Source: a virus
Virus record (IMG/VR): IMGVR_UViG_3300034524_000084
Coordinates: 33,781 to 97,780 of that record
Direction: 5' to 3' (one strand)
DNA length: 64,000 nt
Part shown: piece by piece, positions 27,436 to 39,400 of the stretch
Layout of the letters: every line of letters begins with the position of its first letter
Numbering within the stretch: the first letter of the stretch is position 1
Made by a program: the position numbers and the translations under genes
The notes under the pieces: generated by a model
What the model was told of the DNA's origin: nothing
Database searches by the model: none
What the model saw: the letters and a program-made list of their open reading frames with translations, nothing else

Positions 27436-30096
27436 TTATACACCTCCAACCGCAATTGCTCTTACATATCCCGTTGCTGTGCCTGCCATACACACCTCAC
27501 AGGACGATGCAGTTACATTGCGTACTTTAGTTCCTAAATTATTATCATCTCTGTGAATGACAATTGGCGTAGATGCAAAATCTGGATAGTCCCATGTTAC
27601 CCATGCTCCAGAAGCAGAGTATTTGGATGTCGAGGCTATGGCAGGGTTTGTATACGAGTCTGTTGATTTTACTGCCTTGCCAGACGACGTCCCAGCCCTT
27701 AATGTAATCTGCCCCGATACTGTACCACCCGATGTTAGCAAAAAACTAGAAGCGTGATATCCATCTAATAAATCAGCATCTAAACCGCTACCTGCACCAT
27801 CGTTGCCTGCATGCCAGACGGTGTTGTTGTTAATCTTTACTCCATTATTGCTTGGCGTTTTGATATGAACAATATCGCTTGCGTCATTAGTCACCTGAAT
27901 AATAAGTTCCTGATTTTCACCACCACTAGGGTTTTGTAACGTAATACTGGCAGTATCTCCAGAACCTCCAAAAGCATCATTTGGAAATGCAATACCTCCA
28001 CTAGGTCCAGCGGGTACTATAAGTCTTCCCGTCATCGTATCCCCTGCTTTGTTGACAAAACTACTTGCATGTAACCCATCTAACAAATCAGCATCTAAAC
28101 CAGACCCATGACCGTCATTATTTTCACTCCAAACTTTTCGCCATGGGCCAAACACATCGGTTCCTACATCTCTTGCTGAACGTATATATAAATATGCTTC
28201 GCCACCATCACTACCTGGCCACGCTTGTAAAATCTGTACACATGAGTTACCAGTTGTACCTTTATAAGAAAAAATTGTTCCGTAAGATACTGGATAACCA
28301 TTGTTATATACAATCCCAGCAACAAAACCTACAGGCCATGCTGATGGTGGTGCGGATGATGGTATATTAATTTTGGCGATTAAACTAGGAACAGTCAAAG
28401 TGCCCGCTATATATACATCTCCCCCTACATCCAAAACACCTTGCTCCCATATCTTTCCTATACCTACACCTTGTTTTCCCCACGACATTGTCACAACGCC
28501 TGTAGAAACCTCTTTTGTCGATGTAACCGAATAAAATTTATCTACTAGCCTTAGTCTTACGTCATAGCTAGAAGTAATATCATATCCACTATATACCTTT
28601 GTTCCGCTAAATGAAGAACCAACGCTAAATGATTCTTTTGTTGTCCAAGTACCAGAGGTTTTAGGTTTAGTTTCAATATATAAAGTTGCAGTGTTTTTGC
28701 TATTAAGGGTAGAAAAACTTCCTCCATAAGTTACTTTTATATAAGTTCCCATATTATTGTCGGTTCCATCAGAATTGCACCTTTTTACAGTAAAACTTGT
28801 AATTGTAGGAGAACTATATGCCAGTACAGTAACGTTTACAGTTTTGGTTTTAGTCCTTCCTCGGCTATCAGTGACTGTAGCACTAATAGTTCTTGTGCCA
28901 GAATTGGTTATAGTATTGGTAGTGGCACTTTGAGCATTATAATTTATACCATCGTATGTGATTTTGTATGAGGTAATTGTGCTTCCATACGCTCCTGTTG
29001 CTCCTACAATGGAAATATTTATTTTGGATAGATTTTGTGCATATACTCCACTACCTAATCCTAAAGCAGCTACAGCACTATTGGCTTCGGAATGAGAAAT
29101 ATTTGTAAAATCTGGTACTACACTATCAGGTACTATAGTTGTTAAACTTGCACTCTTGGTACCTACTAGAGCCGTACCATTGTAAGTGTCGATATAAATA
29201 GTGCCTGTGGTTGAAGTACTGTTAGGGATATAATTCATAAAATTATTTGGAACTGTCCACTGATAGCTCGTTGAGGTGGTTTGAGAAACAATTGTACCAG
29301 TATTGTTGTTCCAATTGTACCTGATGGTATGAGTGAGCTTTGAGTGTGCTCTGCTGATATTGATAGTCACTGAGCTACCATAGTTTACTGAACCAGCACT
29401 CAAGCTCACCGAACTGACAGGAATCGCCAAAGTAAGGGTGGTAGACTTCGTACCTACTAAAGTACTTCCTGAATACGTATCACAATAAATCGTGCATGTG
29501 GCACTGGCTGCATTGGATAACCCAGCAATTAAACTTGTGGGAACTGTCCATGTGTAACTAGTACCAACATCAGTTGCTATAGTACCGCTTTGTCCAGCTA
29601 CGCTGTACCGTAGTGTATGCGTGAAACTCGACGAATACCGACTTATATTTATCGTTACACTCTTACCAAATTCTACGTTGCTAGAACTCACGGATACGGA
29701 GCTTGTGCGTGGTATAGTGTCCAATGTGGTGCTCCACGATTGACTGGACGAACTAAACCTGTCGTGTCTTATATATGCTGATATATTTAAAGTTTTATTA
29801 CCATCTGCGTTATGTGTTATATCCAAAGTCCGACTAAATACTACAGTATAACTATTATATGTGAACTTATGGTCAGGAGTTATTGAAGATGTATATTGAG
29901 TTCCATCAATTGTCACGTAACACGTTCCACTACCGTACGTGGTATATCCAGTATTTGTTCTCCATACTTGTATTTCAACCGTTACATTAGACGTATTGTT
30001 AGTAACATTCTGAGAATTAAGTGTTAATTTTACACGATATTTTACATATTGATTGCTGGTATCCATAGTTTGAGAATACCGGGTCCATATGGCCAT
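27436..30096 (-). CDS. tail fibre / DUF859-like minor structural protein
   Basis: S/T-rich beta domains, LDTIPR, VTDSRGR, WEQGVLDV, duplicated GSGLDADLLDG fibre motif. Confidence 0.8.
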   Translation of the reverse strand: MAIWTRYSQTMDTSNQYVKYRVKLTLNSQNVTNNTSNVTVEIQVWRTNTGYTTYGSGTCYVTIDGTQYTSSITPDHKFTYNSYTVVFSRTLDITHNADGNKTLNISAYIRHDRFSSSSQSWSTTLDTIPRTSSVSVSSSNVEFGKSVTINISRYSSSFTHTLRYSVAGQSGTIATDVGTSYTWTVPTSLIAGLSNAASATCTIYCDTYSGSTLVGTKSTTLTLAIPVSSVSLSAGSVNYGSSVTINISRAHSKLTHTIRYNWNNNTGTIVSQTTSTSYQWTVPNNFMNYIPNSTSTTGTIYIDTYNGTALVGTKSASLTTIVPDSVVPDFTNISHSEANSAVAALGLGSGVYAQNLSKINISIVGATGAYGSTITSYKITYDGINYNAQSATTNTITNSGTRTISATVTDSRGRTKTKTVNVTVLAYSSPTITSFTVKRCNSDGTDNNMGTYIKVTYGGSFSTLNSKNTATLYIETKPKTSGTWTTKESFSVGSSFSGTKVYSGYDITSSYDVRLRLVDKFYSVTSTKEVSTGVVTMSWGKQGVGIGKIWEQGVLDVGGDVYIAGTLTVPSLIAKINIPSSAPPSAWPVGFVAGIVYNNGYPVSYGTIFSYKGTTGNSCVQILQAWPGSDGGEAYLYIRSARDVGTDVFGPWRKVWSENNDGHGSGLDADLLDGLHASSFVNKAGDTMTGRLIVPAGPSGGIAFPNDAFGGSGDTASITLQNPSGGENQELIIQVTNDASDIVHIKTPSNNGVKINNNTVWHAGNDGAGSGLDADLLDGYHASSFLLTSGGTVSGQITLRAGTSSGKAVKSTDSYTNPAIASTSKYSASGAWVTWDYPDFASTPIVIHRDDNNLGTKVRNVTASSCEVCMAGTATGYVRAIAVGGV

Positions 30097-30113
30097 AATT
30101 CATCCCTCCACTT

Positions 30114-33100
30114 TTAACCTACCCAGCGAACTAATGTTATGGTGTCATCATACTTCTCAATTAAATGGTTACCAACTTTAATGCTATTCAAAATTTCAGC
30201 CTCAGTGATATACATCTTTTGGGTGGAGAAATATGCTATTTCCACTCCACTATCCATAAATGACATCTTATCGTTAGTCAATTTAAGCTTGAATAGACTT
30301 TCTGCCCTTCCAATTTCCATGCCCTCAGCTGAGAATTGAAAGGTTGTCTTAAAAGCTGCCATATCTTCGCTTAATTCATCTAATGAGGTCCAAACTCCTG
30401 AGAAGGTTAATGTTAGGTCTTGAGCAGTAGTCTGTAGGTCTGCCTGGTAGCGTTGTATGAGACTGTTCTCTAGGTCAAGCAGGTCTTGAGATATAGTTGC
30501 CATAATGTTAGTGGATGTCTGTTGTACCAGGGTTTCAGCATATTCACGTATTTGTCCCATTTCGGTTGTAACGAGAGATACTTGATTGGTTATACCGTCC
30601 AGCGTTGTGGTAATTTGGCTTATTCGTCCCTCAATTCTGGTTGTGGCATCATCAATAGCAGTAGTAGTATCTTCAGGAGCAGGTGTCCAATCAGTTGCTT
30701 TGTTACCTTTCTCTAGCTTAACTTTAGCTTCTGTATTATCTACACCGCTATACAGTTCTACTGTATATTCTCCCGTGTTTTCAGGAACAAACTTTATAGC
30801 GGTTGTACCATTATCCGCATATATATAATCGCTTTTATCATCTTCACTATATATCCTCGCAGAAACCTTGCCTGAACTGGTAAGTGAAAACATATACTCC
30901 TGTCCTTCGACAAGAGACATAGACAAATCTCTCTGTAGCGGTTTTGATGGTCGTAAACTATTTTCAAAGTCCATCTTCCATGTTGTGTATTCATCCACAG
31001 GCAACGGTTGCCCGCTCTGGTACGCCGCCGCTATCTCCTCATCCGTCCTGGCGCGGGAGGAGATGCGGAGGTCGTCGATGAGGCCGTTAAGTGATTGAGT
31101 ACCATATATATTACTTCCTAAAAGTATCTTGGTGACTTCAGCGTTGAATGGAGTTGTATTAGTATTAGAAACGTGTATCAGTTGTGAACCTGCAACACCA
31201 ACCCAAAGGTGCATTCCATCACTCTTTTGAGAGATAGCAACAAAAATCCAATCATTGGCATTCCAATTAGCATTAGCAGACACTTTGGAGGCATTATTCT
31301 TTACAAATGCTATCCCATCACTATTAGATGGGTTATTCAACCATACTCCACTAAAACCACTCGTTCCGTAAAACTCTATGACACGCTCGTAGTTTAAATA
31401 TGCGCTTCTTGCTCTACTTGGGCGAATCCACATTTCAACAGTATACTCCTGCGGGTTCAGCACCCCCGCCGTGGGGATGGTCAGGGTCTCGGGGGAGCGG
31501 GTGCCGTCGATGAAGCTGGTGGCGTAGGGTTTGGCTTCGAGTTGTGGTGCACACCAATATACTGTTTGACCTGCTAAGTCGTTATCCACTCGTGCCCAAG
31601 CTCTTACCGCATCAGAAGCAGTTTGAACCGTTACCACGCACCTTTGCCATGTATTGGTAATGGTAAAGGTTTGATTTCTTCTTACCCTCAAACTTCCAGT
31701 ATCACTTGCATAATCGAAAATAAAGATTTCGATTTGTTCCCCGCCATTTTGTCCTTTAGCCCATATCGAAAAGGTCACGTAGGAACCGCCTGTTACGGCC
31801 AACTTAGCTGTCGAAGCAGTGATATAATCAACTCCGTTTGCGTCTTTAGCCATAATGTAAGAGTCATTAACTGCCGCATAGTGCTTTAAGACCTTTTGTC
31901 CACTCACGGGAGGAGTTTGAGCGGTGTCTATTGTCACACTACTTCCAGAATGCGTGTCAGTAAAATACTGCAAGAGGTTCGTATCGGATGTAAAAGCATA
32001 AGATATGGCGTTCGTCGTCCCTTCCTCCACCATAATCGCCTTGCCGAATTTGCCTGATTCGTAGCGGGGGACGTTGGCAGCAACTTCCGTTCCATTGGAA
32101 AGATAAGCAACCGATGAACGACTAAATGTAGCAGTTCTTTCTTCATCCTCTGCATGAGCATTTTCTATGTTAGAATTCAGTATTAAGTTTCTACCACCTA
32201 TATTAATTCCATTTATTGCTTCATTTAATTGACTTTGAGTAACACGCATCTTAATAGCTTGGTTAGAAGATATATCAAGTAGGCTCCCTACATTTGAAGC
32301 CAGCTTATCCACAGTTATACTACCTGCTTGTATTCGTGCCGCATTTATATAACCACTAGTAATTTTTGAAGCATCTAAATTAGCAATCATAGCGTTAGTT
32401 ATAGCGCCATTTGCTATCACACCACTATCAGCTGTTATGGTATTAACCGCAATATTGTTAGCAGTAATTGTTCTTGCTGCTATTTTGTCTCCAGTTATAG
32501 CGCCAGCCACAATGTGGTCTGCTAGCACCGAATTAGCCGCAATAACACGACTATCAACTGCACCGTTAGATATTTTGGGGTTAGTAATTGCTCCATCTGT
32601 GATACCCTCTGTATATACTCCGTTATGGTCGTATAATACTGTCTGACCATCTGCACCTCTTACACGTATCCCATATACAGTACCATCATTGTTTACGTCA
32701 CCGATAGATACTCTTTCAACAGGCGTCGGCTGGTTATCAAATACCTGCAACCGATTATTCGATATTTTGAGCTTGCCATTTGCGCCTTGAATAGTTACTT
32801 GTCCAGTATTGATTGTTCCTGCGTTTATCTTGCTTGCGTTTAAACTCACAATTTTTGCATCTGTGATACTGCCATCTGCTATTTGAGCGGTTCCAACAGC
32901 GCCTTGCGCTATCAAAGCGGTTGTAATAGCGCCTGCTTTGATGTGAGCTGTATCAATAGCAGCATGAGATATTTTTGCGCTGTCTATCGCGCCTACTGCT
33001 ATTTTTGCGTTGGTAATAGCTCCATCCTGAATCTTGGCAGTATCAATGGCTGCAGCTGCAATCTTTGCATTGTCTATTGCAGCATTCGCAATTTTAGCAG

Positions 33101-35621
33101 TAGTAATAGCCGCATCAGCAATCTTAGCAGTAGTAATGGCAGCGTTCGCGATTTTAGCAGTAGTAATGGCAGCATCCTGTATTTTTGCAGTAGTAACAGC
33201 CAAATCAGCTATTTTTGCTCCATCAATTGCAGCATTAGCTATTTTAGCATTAGTTATAGCACCATCTACAATTTTAACACTAGTAATTATTCCATCTGCT
33301 ATTTGATTGGAATTTTCCACAAAATCCACTGCTACCCATGTTCCTGTAGACGCGCTATAACGATATGCTCTATCAACATCCGTACGATAAAAAACCTCAC
33401 CATCAACAGGCGAGGTTGGAAAGGATGTCCCTGATTTGCCAAGTATCCATTTTTCAATTTTAGCATTTGTTATAGAAGCATCCGCAATTTTAGCTGTAGT
33501 TATAGAAGCATCCGCTATTTTGGTGTTAGTTACAGCCCCATCCGATATTTTTGAAGTTGTAACTGCATTATCAACAATGCCTGCGGTATGAACGCCTTGT
33601 TCATCCAACAATATTGTAGTACCATCAGCCCCAAGAACTCTTAAACCATATACAGTACCATCTTTACTAACATCACCAAGTAATACTCTCTCATTATTGT
33701 TTTTATCTTTAACAGTCAACAAACTACCACTAATAGTAAAATTGCCTGTGTTATCAGAAATAGTCAATTGATTGCCAAGCAATATTCTACCAATTAATCT
33801 TTCAGCATATACTCCGCTTGCATCTAATACAGTTTTAAATGTATTGCCCCCATCGTTTGTGAAGCCAATTACACCATTTGTCATTCTAATAAACCTATTA
33901 GGATCTGAAGGATCTTGTATTGTAATACCTCGTCTACTTATTGTTACGCTGTTATTTACGCCACCCTCAATAGCTCTTTTTGCAGTATCCCATACATTAT
34001 TTAAGATTTGCTCTACATCATCTACTGTTGCTACAGTATTATTCCATTTGTATTTATTCATATCTACAACATTAGAAGAACTTACGCTTTTATAAAGCAT
34101 ATCTAAATATTGATTTAAATTATCTTTGATATTTTTTGTATTAGAAATAGTTATTTGAATATTGCCATCCTCATATTCAAAATTCATCTCTATTATTTGT
34201 GCTTGCACATTAATATTTAATCTTTCATATTTAATATTAATTATATCTCCAAGCACAAGTTTATCCCAATTCCTTTGTTCTTCTATTATATCAAGCAAAT
34301 TAACTATATCAACCTTAATTGTTAAAGGAGGAATTTTCATTTTTTCAAAAATTTTTATAGCATCATTATATAATTGTTGGTCGTCTATATAATTCTGGTC
34401 TTCCCATTCACGTTCAATCACGAATTGATTTAGTTCTTTAATTTGTTCAGGAGTAAAGTTGTTTTCTATTTTTAAAGTATTCTTCAAGTCATCAATCTGA
34501 GATTGCACACTCTGTATATTAGCATTATCTTGGTCAATTTCTGCTTGTTTAGCATTTAACTGACTTATTAGGTCATCTCTCTGCGCTATTAAATCTGTTG
34601 TGGGTTGCCCTGTAGTCTGTGCAATATCTAATTTATCTAAAACAATATCAAGTTGTAACTGAATTTGATAATATTCTTCTTGATGTTGTGCTAATGTTTT
34701 TTGGTAGGTTTCTAATTGACTTAATAAATCAGCAAAAACACCACGTTTAGATTCTACTAATTCTTGATAATCTAATAAAGCATTACATAGACTATCACTC
34801 ATGTAGTCAGAATGTTGTAATACATTTTTATTGGCATCACGTTGAAAAGGATACATAAAATAAGAAAAATCTTCAATATAGTTAGTTCCAGTTGGATTAA
34901 CTCTTTGTATACTTAAACCATCTTTACCAAATACTTTTAACCTCGTGACAACATTTTCATAATCTTCTTCTTTATTAATAGATTTCAAATACTTCCTATA
35001 AGAAACTGTTAAACCTCGATTAACCCCAATATTTTCTGGTTTATAAAAATTAATAGTTCTGTTTTCTGTATTCCAAATAATTAAAGCCCCAAATGTTTCA
35101 GCTACTTGAAATACAAAATCCAATACAGTTGTTTTGGAAACGTCAAAACTTCTATATTTTAAATCAAAATCAGCATCAATATAGCCAGTCGTCCAAGTTG
35201 TATTAGATAATATATCTGTAAGAACCTGAGTAGCATTATAACTTGTAACACTATATGTACGCATATTCTTGTCTTTTAACTCATAAGGCAAACTAAAACA
35301 CTCTATTGTTTTTGAATCACCATTATCATCGGCAGTATCAGTAATTTTAGTGATAATATACCATTCTACAAAATTCCCGTTGATTAATTTAATCAAATAT
35401 CTACCTTTTATCATTTCTATATGTGGGTTATCAACAAGTTCTCCCGCCATATCAATCTGAATAGGTAAACTAAACGATAATTCATTAATATTACCAAGTT
35501 TTAGCGTATGATTAATATTATAGGCTTCCTTTAATTTAGCAATAATTGTTCTATCTGGTTTACACAAAAATAATTGGGGTCTTTGTGGTTTTTTGTTATA
35601 ATCTATAGCTCCAAGCTCCAT
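30114..35621 (-). CDS. tail spike/host-specificity protein with 10-aa repeats, CBM-like and LamG domains
   Basis: VVTRLKVFGKDGL, AITTAKIA repeats, GGRNLI...KLEKGNKATDWTPAPED, LNGLIDDLRIS. Confidence 0.85.
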   Translation of the reverse strand: MELGAIDYNKKPQRPQLFLCKPDRTIIAKLKEAYNINHTLKLGNINELSFSLPIQIDMAGELVDNPHIEMIKGRYLIKLINGNFVEWYIITKITDTADDNGDSKTIECFSLPYELKDKNMRTYSVTSYNATQVLTDILSNTTWTTGYIDADFDLKYRSFDVSKTTVLDFVFQVAETFGALIIWNTENRTINFYKPENIGVNRGLTVSYRKYLKSINKEEDYENVVTRLKVFGKDGLSIQRVNPTGTNYIEDFSYFMYPFQRDANKNVLQHSDYMSDSLCNALLDYQELVESKRGVFADLLSQLETYQKTLAQHQEEYYQIQLQLDIVLDKLDIAQTTGQPTTDLIAQRDDLISQLNAKQAEIDQDNANIQSVQSQIDDLKNTLKIENNFTPEQIKELNQFVIEREWEDQNYIDDQQLYNDAIKIFEKMKIPPLTIKVDIVNLLDIIEEQRNWDKLVLGDIINIKYERLNINVQAQIIEMNFEYEDGNIQITISNTKNIKDNLNQYLDMLYKSVSSSNVVDMNKYKWNNTVATVDDVEQILNNVWDTAKRAIEGGVNNSVTISRRGITIQDPSDPNRFIRMTNGVIGFTNDGGNTFKTVLDASGVYAERLIGRILLGNQLTISDNTGNFTISGSLLTVKDKNNNERVLLGDVSKDGTVYGLRVLGADGTTILLDEQGVHTAGIVDNAVTTSKISDGAVTNTKIADASITTAKIADASITNAKIEKWILGKSGTSFPTSPVDGEVFYRTDVDRAYRYSASTGTWVAVDFVENSNQIADGIITSVKIVDGAITNAKIANAAIDGAKIADLAVTTAKIQDAAITTAKIANAAITTAKIADAAITTAKIANAAIDNAKIAAAAIDTAKIQDGAITNAKIAVGAIDSAKISHAAIDTAHIKAGAITTALIAQGAVGTAQIADGSITDAKIVSLNASKINAGTINTGQVTIQGANGKLKISNNRLQVFDNQPTPVERVSIGDVNNDGTVYGIRVRGADGQTVLYDHNGVYTEGITDGAITNPKISNGAVDSRVIAANSVLADHIVAGAITGDKIAARTITANNIAVNTITADSGVIANGAITNAMIANLDASKITSGYINAARIQAGSITVDKLASNVGSLLDISSNQAIKMRVTQSQLNEAINGINIGGRNLILNSNIENAHAEDEERTATFSRSSVAYLSNGTEVAANVPRYESGKFGKAIMVEEGTTNAISYAFTSDTNLLQYFTDTHSGSSVTIDTAQTPPVSGQKVLKHYAAVNDSYIMAKDANGVDYITASTAKLAVTGGSYVTFSIWAKGQNGGEQIEIFIFDYASDTGSLRVRRNQTFTITNTWQRCVVTVQTASDAVRAWARVDNDLAGQTVYWCAPQLEAKPYATSFIDGTRSPETLTIPTAGVLNPQEYTVEMWIRPSRARSAYLNYERVIEFYGTSGFSGVWLNNPSNSDGIAFVKNNASKVSANANWNANDWIFVAISQKSDGMHLWVGVAGSQLIHVSNTNTTPFNAEVTKILLGSNIYGTQSLNGLIDDLRISSRARTDEEIAAAYQSGQPLPVDEYTTWKMDFENSLRPSKPLQRDLSMSLVEGQEYMFSLTSSGKVSARIYSEDDKSDYIYADNGTTAIKFVPENTGEYTVELYSGVDNTEAKVKLEKGNKATDWTPAPEDTTTAIDDATTRIEGRISQITTTLDGITNQVSLVTTEMGQIREYAETLVQQTSTNIMATISQDLLDLENSLIQRYQADLQTTAQDLTLTFSGVWTSLDELSEDMAAFKTTFQFSAEGMEIGRAESLFKLKLTNDKMSFMDSGVEIAYFSTQKMYITEAEILNSIKVGNHLIEKYDDTITLVRWVG
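32880..33580 (-). repeat. coding 30-bp tandem repeats (AAITTAKIAD-like)
   Basis: Periodic GCAGTAGTAAT...GCATC units; in frame in tail spike. Confidence 0.85.
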
Positions 35622-35632
35622 TATGATCCCCC

Positions 35633-36400
35633 CTATAATAACTTAAACCTGTATCTAAACTGTAGTTTGCAATTTCCAACAATAAGTAAATTATTAGCTC
35701 CAAGAACTAACTCTAAATAATTATCATTAAAATTACTATACCTATAAACTCCAGATAGGGAAGAAGTGATATATTCATTTTCATTATCAACATATACAAC
35801 TTCTCCATCTACTAACCCAACAAACTTAAATTCTGTATTATTATTACTTTGATTAATTATACTTATATCACCATCACCAACTTTAGTAATCCAAACTTCA
35901 GGACGTAGCGGTAAATCACCATCATTACTAAGAGATAATACTATTCCATCTGTATTTGTGCTATAATCATACACTTCTGTTGTATAAAATGGGCTATAAG
36001 CCCAAGGAGCATCACACCTAAATGTTAAAGTAAGATAACCTTGTTTTAAACCATTATGAATAATATCAATAGAATTAATTGGCATACAATAATAAATCTT
36101 GTTTGGTGTTTCCTCAAAATATAAAGGTTGATAATAATCAGGGGACAACCATCTTGCTACTTCACGTATTTTGTTGTCATTCCATGTATCTAAAAAAGCA
36201 AAACTCAAATCAAAAATTAGAGGTTCATAAATTATATTTTGAAAATAAGGCTTGGGATTAAACCTTGTAACAACTTCCTTAATATTACGTGTCGCAATAA
36301 AAGGTTCTTGGAATAATTTACCATCAATATTAATATTGTAAATTCCATAATCGCTTGCACTTTTGCCAGCATAATAAAAATTCACACTTGATTTTATCAC
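35633..36400 (-). CDS. distal tail protein
   Basis: REVARWL, F.CDAPWAYS; follows tape measure. Confidence 0.8.
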   Translation of the reverse strand: MIKSSVNFYYAGKSASDYGIYNINIDGKLFQEPFIATRNIKEVVTRFNPKPYFQNIIYEPLIFDLSFAFLDTWNDNKIREVARWLSPDYYQPLYFEETPNKIYYCMPINSIDIIHNGLKQGYLTLTFRCDAPWAYSPFYTTEVYDYSTNTDGIVLSLSNDGDLPLRPEVWITKVGDGDISIINQSNNNTEFKFVGLVDGEVVYVDNENEYITSSLSGVYRYSNFNDNYLELVLGANNLLIVGNCKLQFRYRFKLL

Positions 36401-36437
36401 CTATATCACCACCTTTTTACAAAAGAAGAAGAGGGGA

Positions 36438-39400
36438 TTAAGCCAATGTAATCCCCTTCTTCTTTAAACCATTTACGAAAGTATCTAACAATACTTGTGC
36501 ACCTTTTTCATTGCCTTCAACTTTATTAATATACATATTAATATTAAACACATTTTCTTTTGGTATGGTGATCTGTGGAATTTTTAAATTCTCTAATGGT
36601 CTAATCATACTTCTTGTTATTTCAAGCATTTTTAACATATTAGCAGTATCGTATTTATTTAAAACTAATTCTTTTTCGTGTAATATAGCTAATTTTTCGC
36701 CTGGGAAATTACCTGTATAACCACCTGTATCAAATAAAACAATGCCTTTGGCTTTTAATAAATTCAGAATGGCTGTTTTGGTAAGATTTCCTACTATACC
36801 ATCTGCTGTTAATTTATTAGCTTTTTGGAAAGCTATTACTGCATTTAAAGTTTTTTTCCCAAATATACCATCTACCTTACCACTATTAAATCCTAATGCA
36901 TTCAATACTGTTTGAAGCACTTTTACATCTTCGCCCCTCATACCATATTTTAATACTCTATTTAAGGTATTATTTACTTTTGCTAATGTTGTTTCAATAG
37001 TTTTTGTAGAACTACTACTACTACTACCACTACTACTTGAATTAGAGGAAGTAGTAGGTGAATTAGTAGTATATGGGAATCCAGTAGGTGTTGGTGGTGG
37101 GGAAGGAGGTACGCCCAATGAACTTAATCCTGTTTGAGCAGTCTGTATTTGTTGTATTAACCCCAATAATCTCAGTAAATCTTCACCATTTTGTTTTATA
37201 CTGTCTTTCATTAATCGATTAAATGTGTTTAAATATTTTTCAAGTATTTTTGAAATTGTTTGAATTTTCCCCTCAATAATTTGTTGTCTAAGTTCCTCAA
37301 ATTTTTGTGTGTCATCAAGTAATGTATTATAGTGTGCTTCAAGTAATTCTTTTTCTTTTTGTATTCTCACTTGTGTTTCATTGTATAAATCATTTTCTGC
37401 TTGTTTCTTACTATCAATTTGTTGCCTAATATTATCTAATTCATCACGCAATTCTTGTTTTCTTAAATCTTTACTATGCCTATATCTTAAATCATCAATT
37501 CTTTTTTCAATATCAGCTTGTTGTTTCTTTAAGTCAGCTAATTTACTTTGAGCTTCTATTGAATCATCTAACGATAAAACGTTAATTTTATTAATTATAT
37601 CAGCACGTTCTTGTTCTAACTCGGATAATCGTTGATTGTAGTCTCTTTCATTATCTTCCATATCCAAAAGCTTTAATTTTGCATTGATTATGTCTTCATA
37701 CATCTTTAATTCATCATCTAAAGATTTAAGCACAGCATCATGTCGTTCTTTGAGTGCCTTTAATTCATCATCTTTTTGCTTTAATAATAATTCCTTTTCT
37801 TTATTTAAAGCATTTCTATAAGCTTCGACAACCTTATTTGCGACTTCTTCACTTTTTGTTAACCAAGAATCCATAATCTCTTGGTAATTACTTTGTATTG
37901 TTTTGCTTATATCGATTACCTCAGATGTCAATTGATTGATAGCTTTCCTATTATCATCATACTGTTTTAATAATTCATTTAATTTTTCTTGTTGTTCAGC
38001 AGTCAATTTTTTATATTTTCGATAAGAATCAATTTGCTTTTTCAAAGAAACATTTGCTTTCTCTAAATTACTAATTTCTGAGATTATTAAATTTTTCTTT
38101 TTTTCTAATAAATCAATTTGCAATTTTAATTCATTACGATATTCTTTCGAAGTTCTATCGTACAAAGCCATCCTTGCTTCAGATTGTTTAATCCGTAAAT
38201 CCAATTCTGTAAGCTTATGAGAAAACTCATCAATAATGTAAGGGTCAACATTTTGTACACTTTTTGCAGCATTTTGCGCACTCTTTACTGCACTTGGTGT
38301 TACAGCCTGAAAGGTTGCATTAGCTAATTTTTGTAATTTTCGTATATTTTCTAAAGCACGTCCTATAGCACCAATTGTATTATCTAAATATTTATATATA
38401 CCCGCACTACTACTAAGGTTCATACTATTACTCTTTATTGCTGCATCTACGATAATATCATTTATTACTCGATGAGCATCCGCAACATTTTTAATAGCCA
38501 TAATTTCTTTTTCATATAAAGGAAGCGATGCTGCTAAAGCCCTTTTTTGATTTTCCACTTTAGCTTTTTCTGCTTCTAAAGCAGTATTAAACTCTGCAAT
38601 TCTGGCTTCACGCAAATTTTTAAGTGCATCTATATTAATTTTAATTTGCCCATTCTCTATTGTTATTGCATTAATCAACTCTGGATATTTTTTTAATAAT
38701 TGATTGACTTCTTGCACAGTTAATTCATACCCATGAGATAATTTATATATTAAATCAGTTAATTCCTGTATATCATTTTGTGTGGCGCGCATACTACCTA
38801 ACAATTCTTCGATATTTATGTTTAAACCAACAACAGAATCAGAAGCATTATCAACATTGTTAGCAAACCACTCGATAATTTGATTTACTACATTTTGGTC
38901 TGATATAAATCTACTTAATATTTGCCTAGCTCCCTCAACCGCTATGCCATATTCTCGCATTTTTTTATCTTCTGGTAAATTTGAACCTTTAATCTCAGGA
39001 AGCTTCACTAAAACATCTTTAGCTTGTGTTATAGCATCAATATAATCAAATATTTTTGTTTTAGCTTTATCTACAGCATCAGCATTAGTTAAAGTATTTT
39101 TTTCTTGTTCAATTAAATTAGAAATATATTCCTTGGTTGTCTGCGCTAATTCACCCTCTATACCTTTAAGTGCAATTTGTTTTTCAGCAACACTTTGCAA
39201 AGCATCAACGTTTTCCCTTAATCTTTCTTCCTTTTGCCGTTCTAACTCAATTAATTCACGTTCCAATCTTAGTGTATCTTCATCAGAAAGTGGAACAGTT
39301 ATGTTTCCTGTTAAAACCCTATAACCTCTTGATAATTCATTACGAATATTCTGTATTTGCCTTTCAATAACTCCTATATCTTTAAATCTATTTTCTGTTG

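Noticed and set aside
32880-33580. 30-bp periodic repeats as a second CRISPR array
   Set aside because: No unique spacers; in-frame protein repeats with codon-level variation.
27436-35621. Diversity-generating retroelement or invertible tail shufflon
   Set aside because: No reverse transcriptase, TR/VR pair or inverted fibre cassettes seen in the window.
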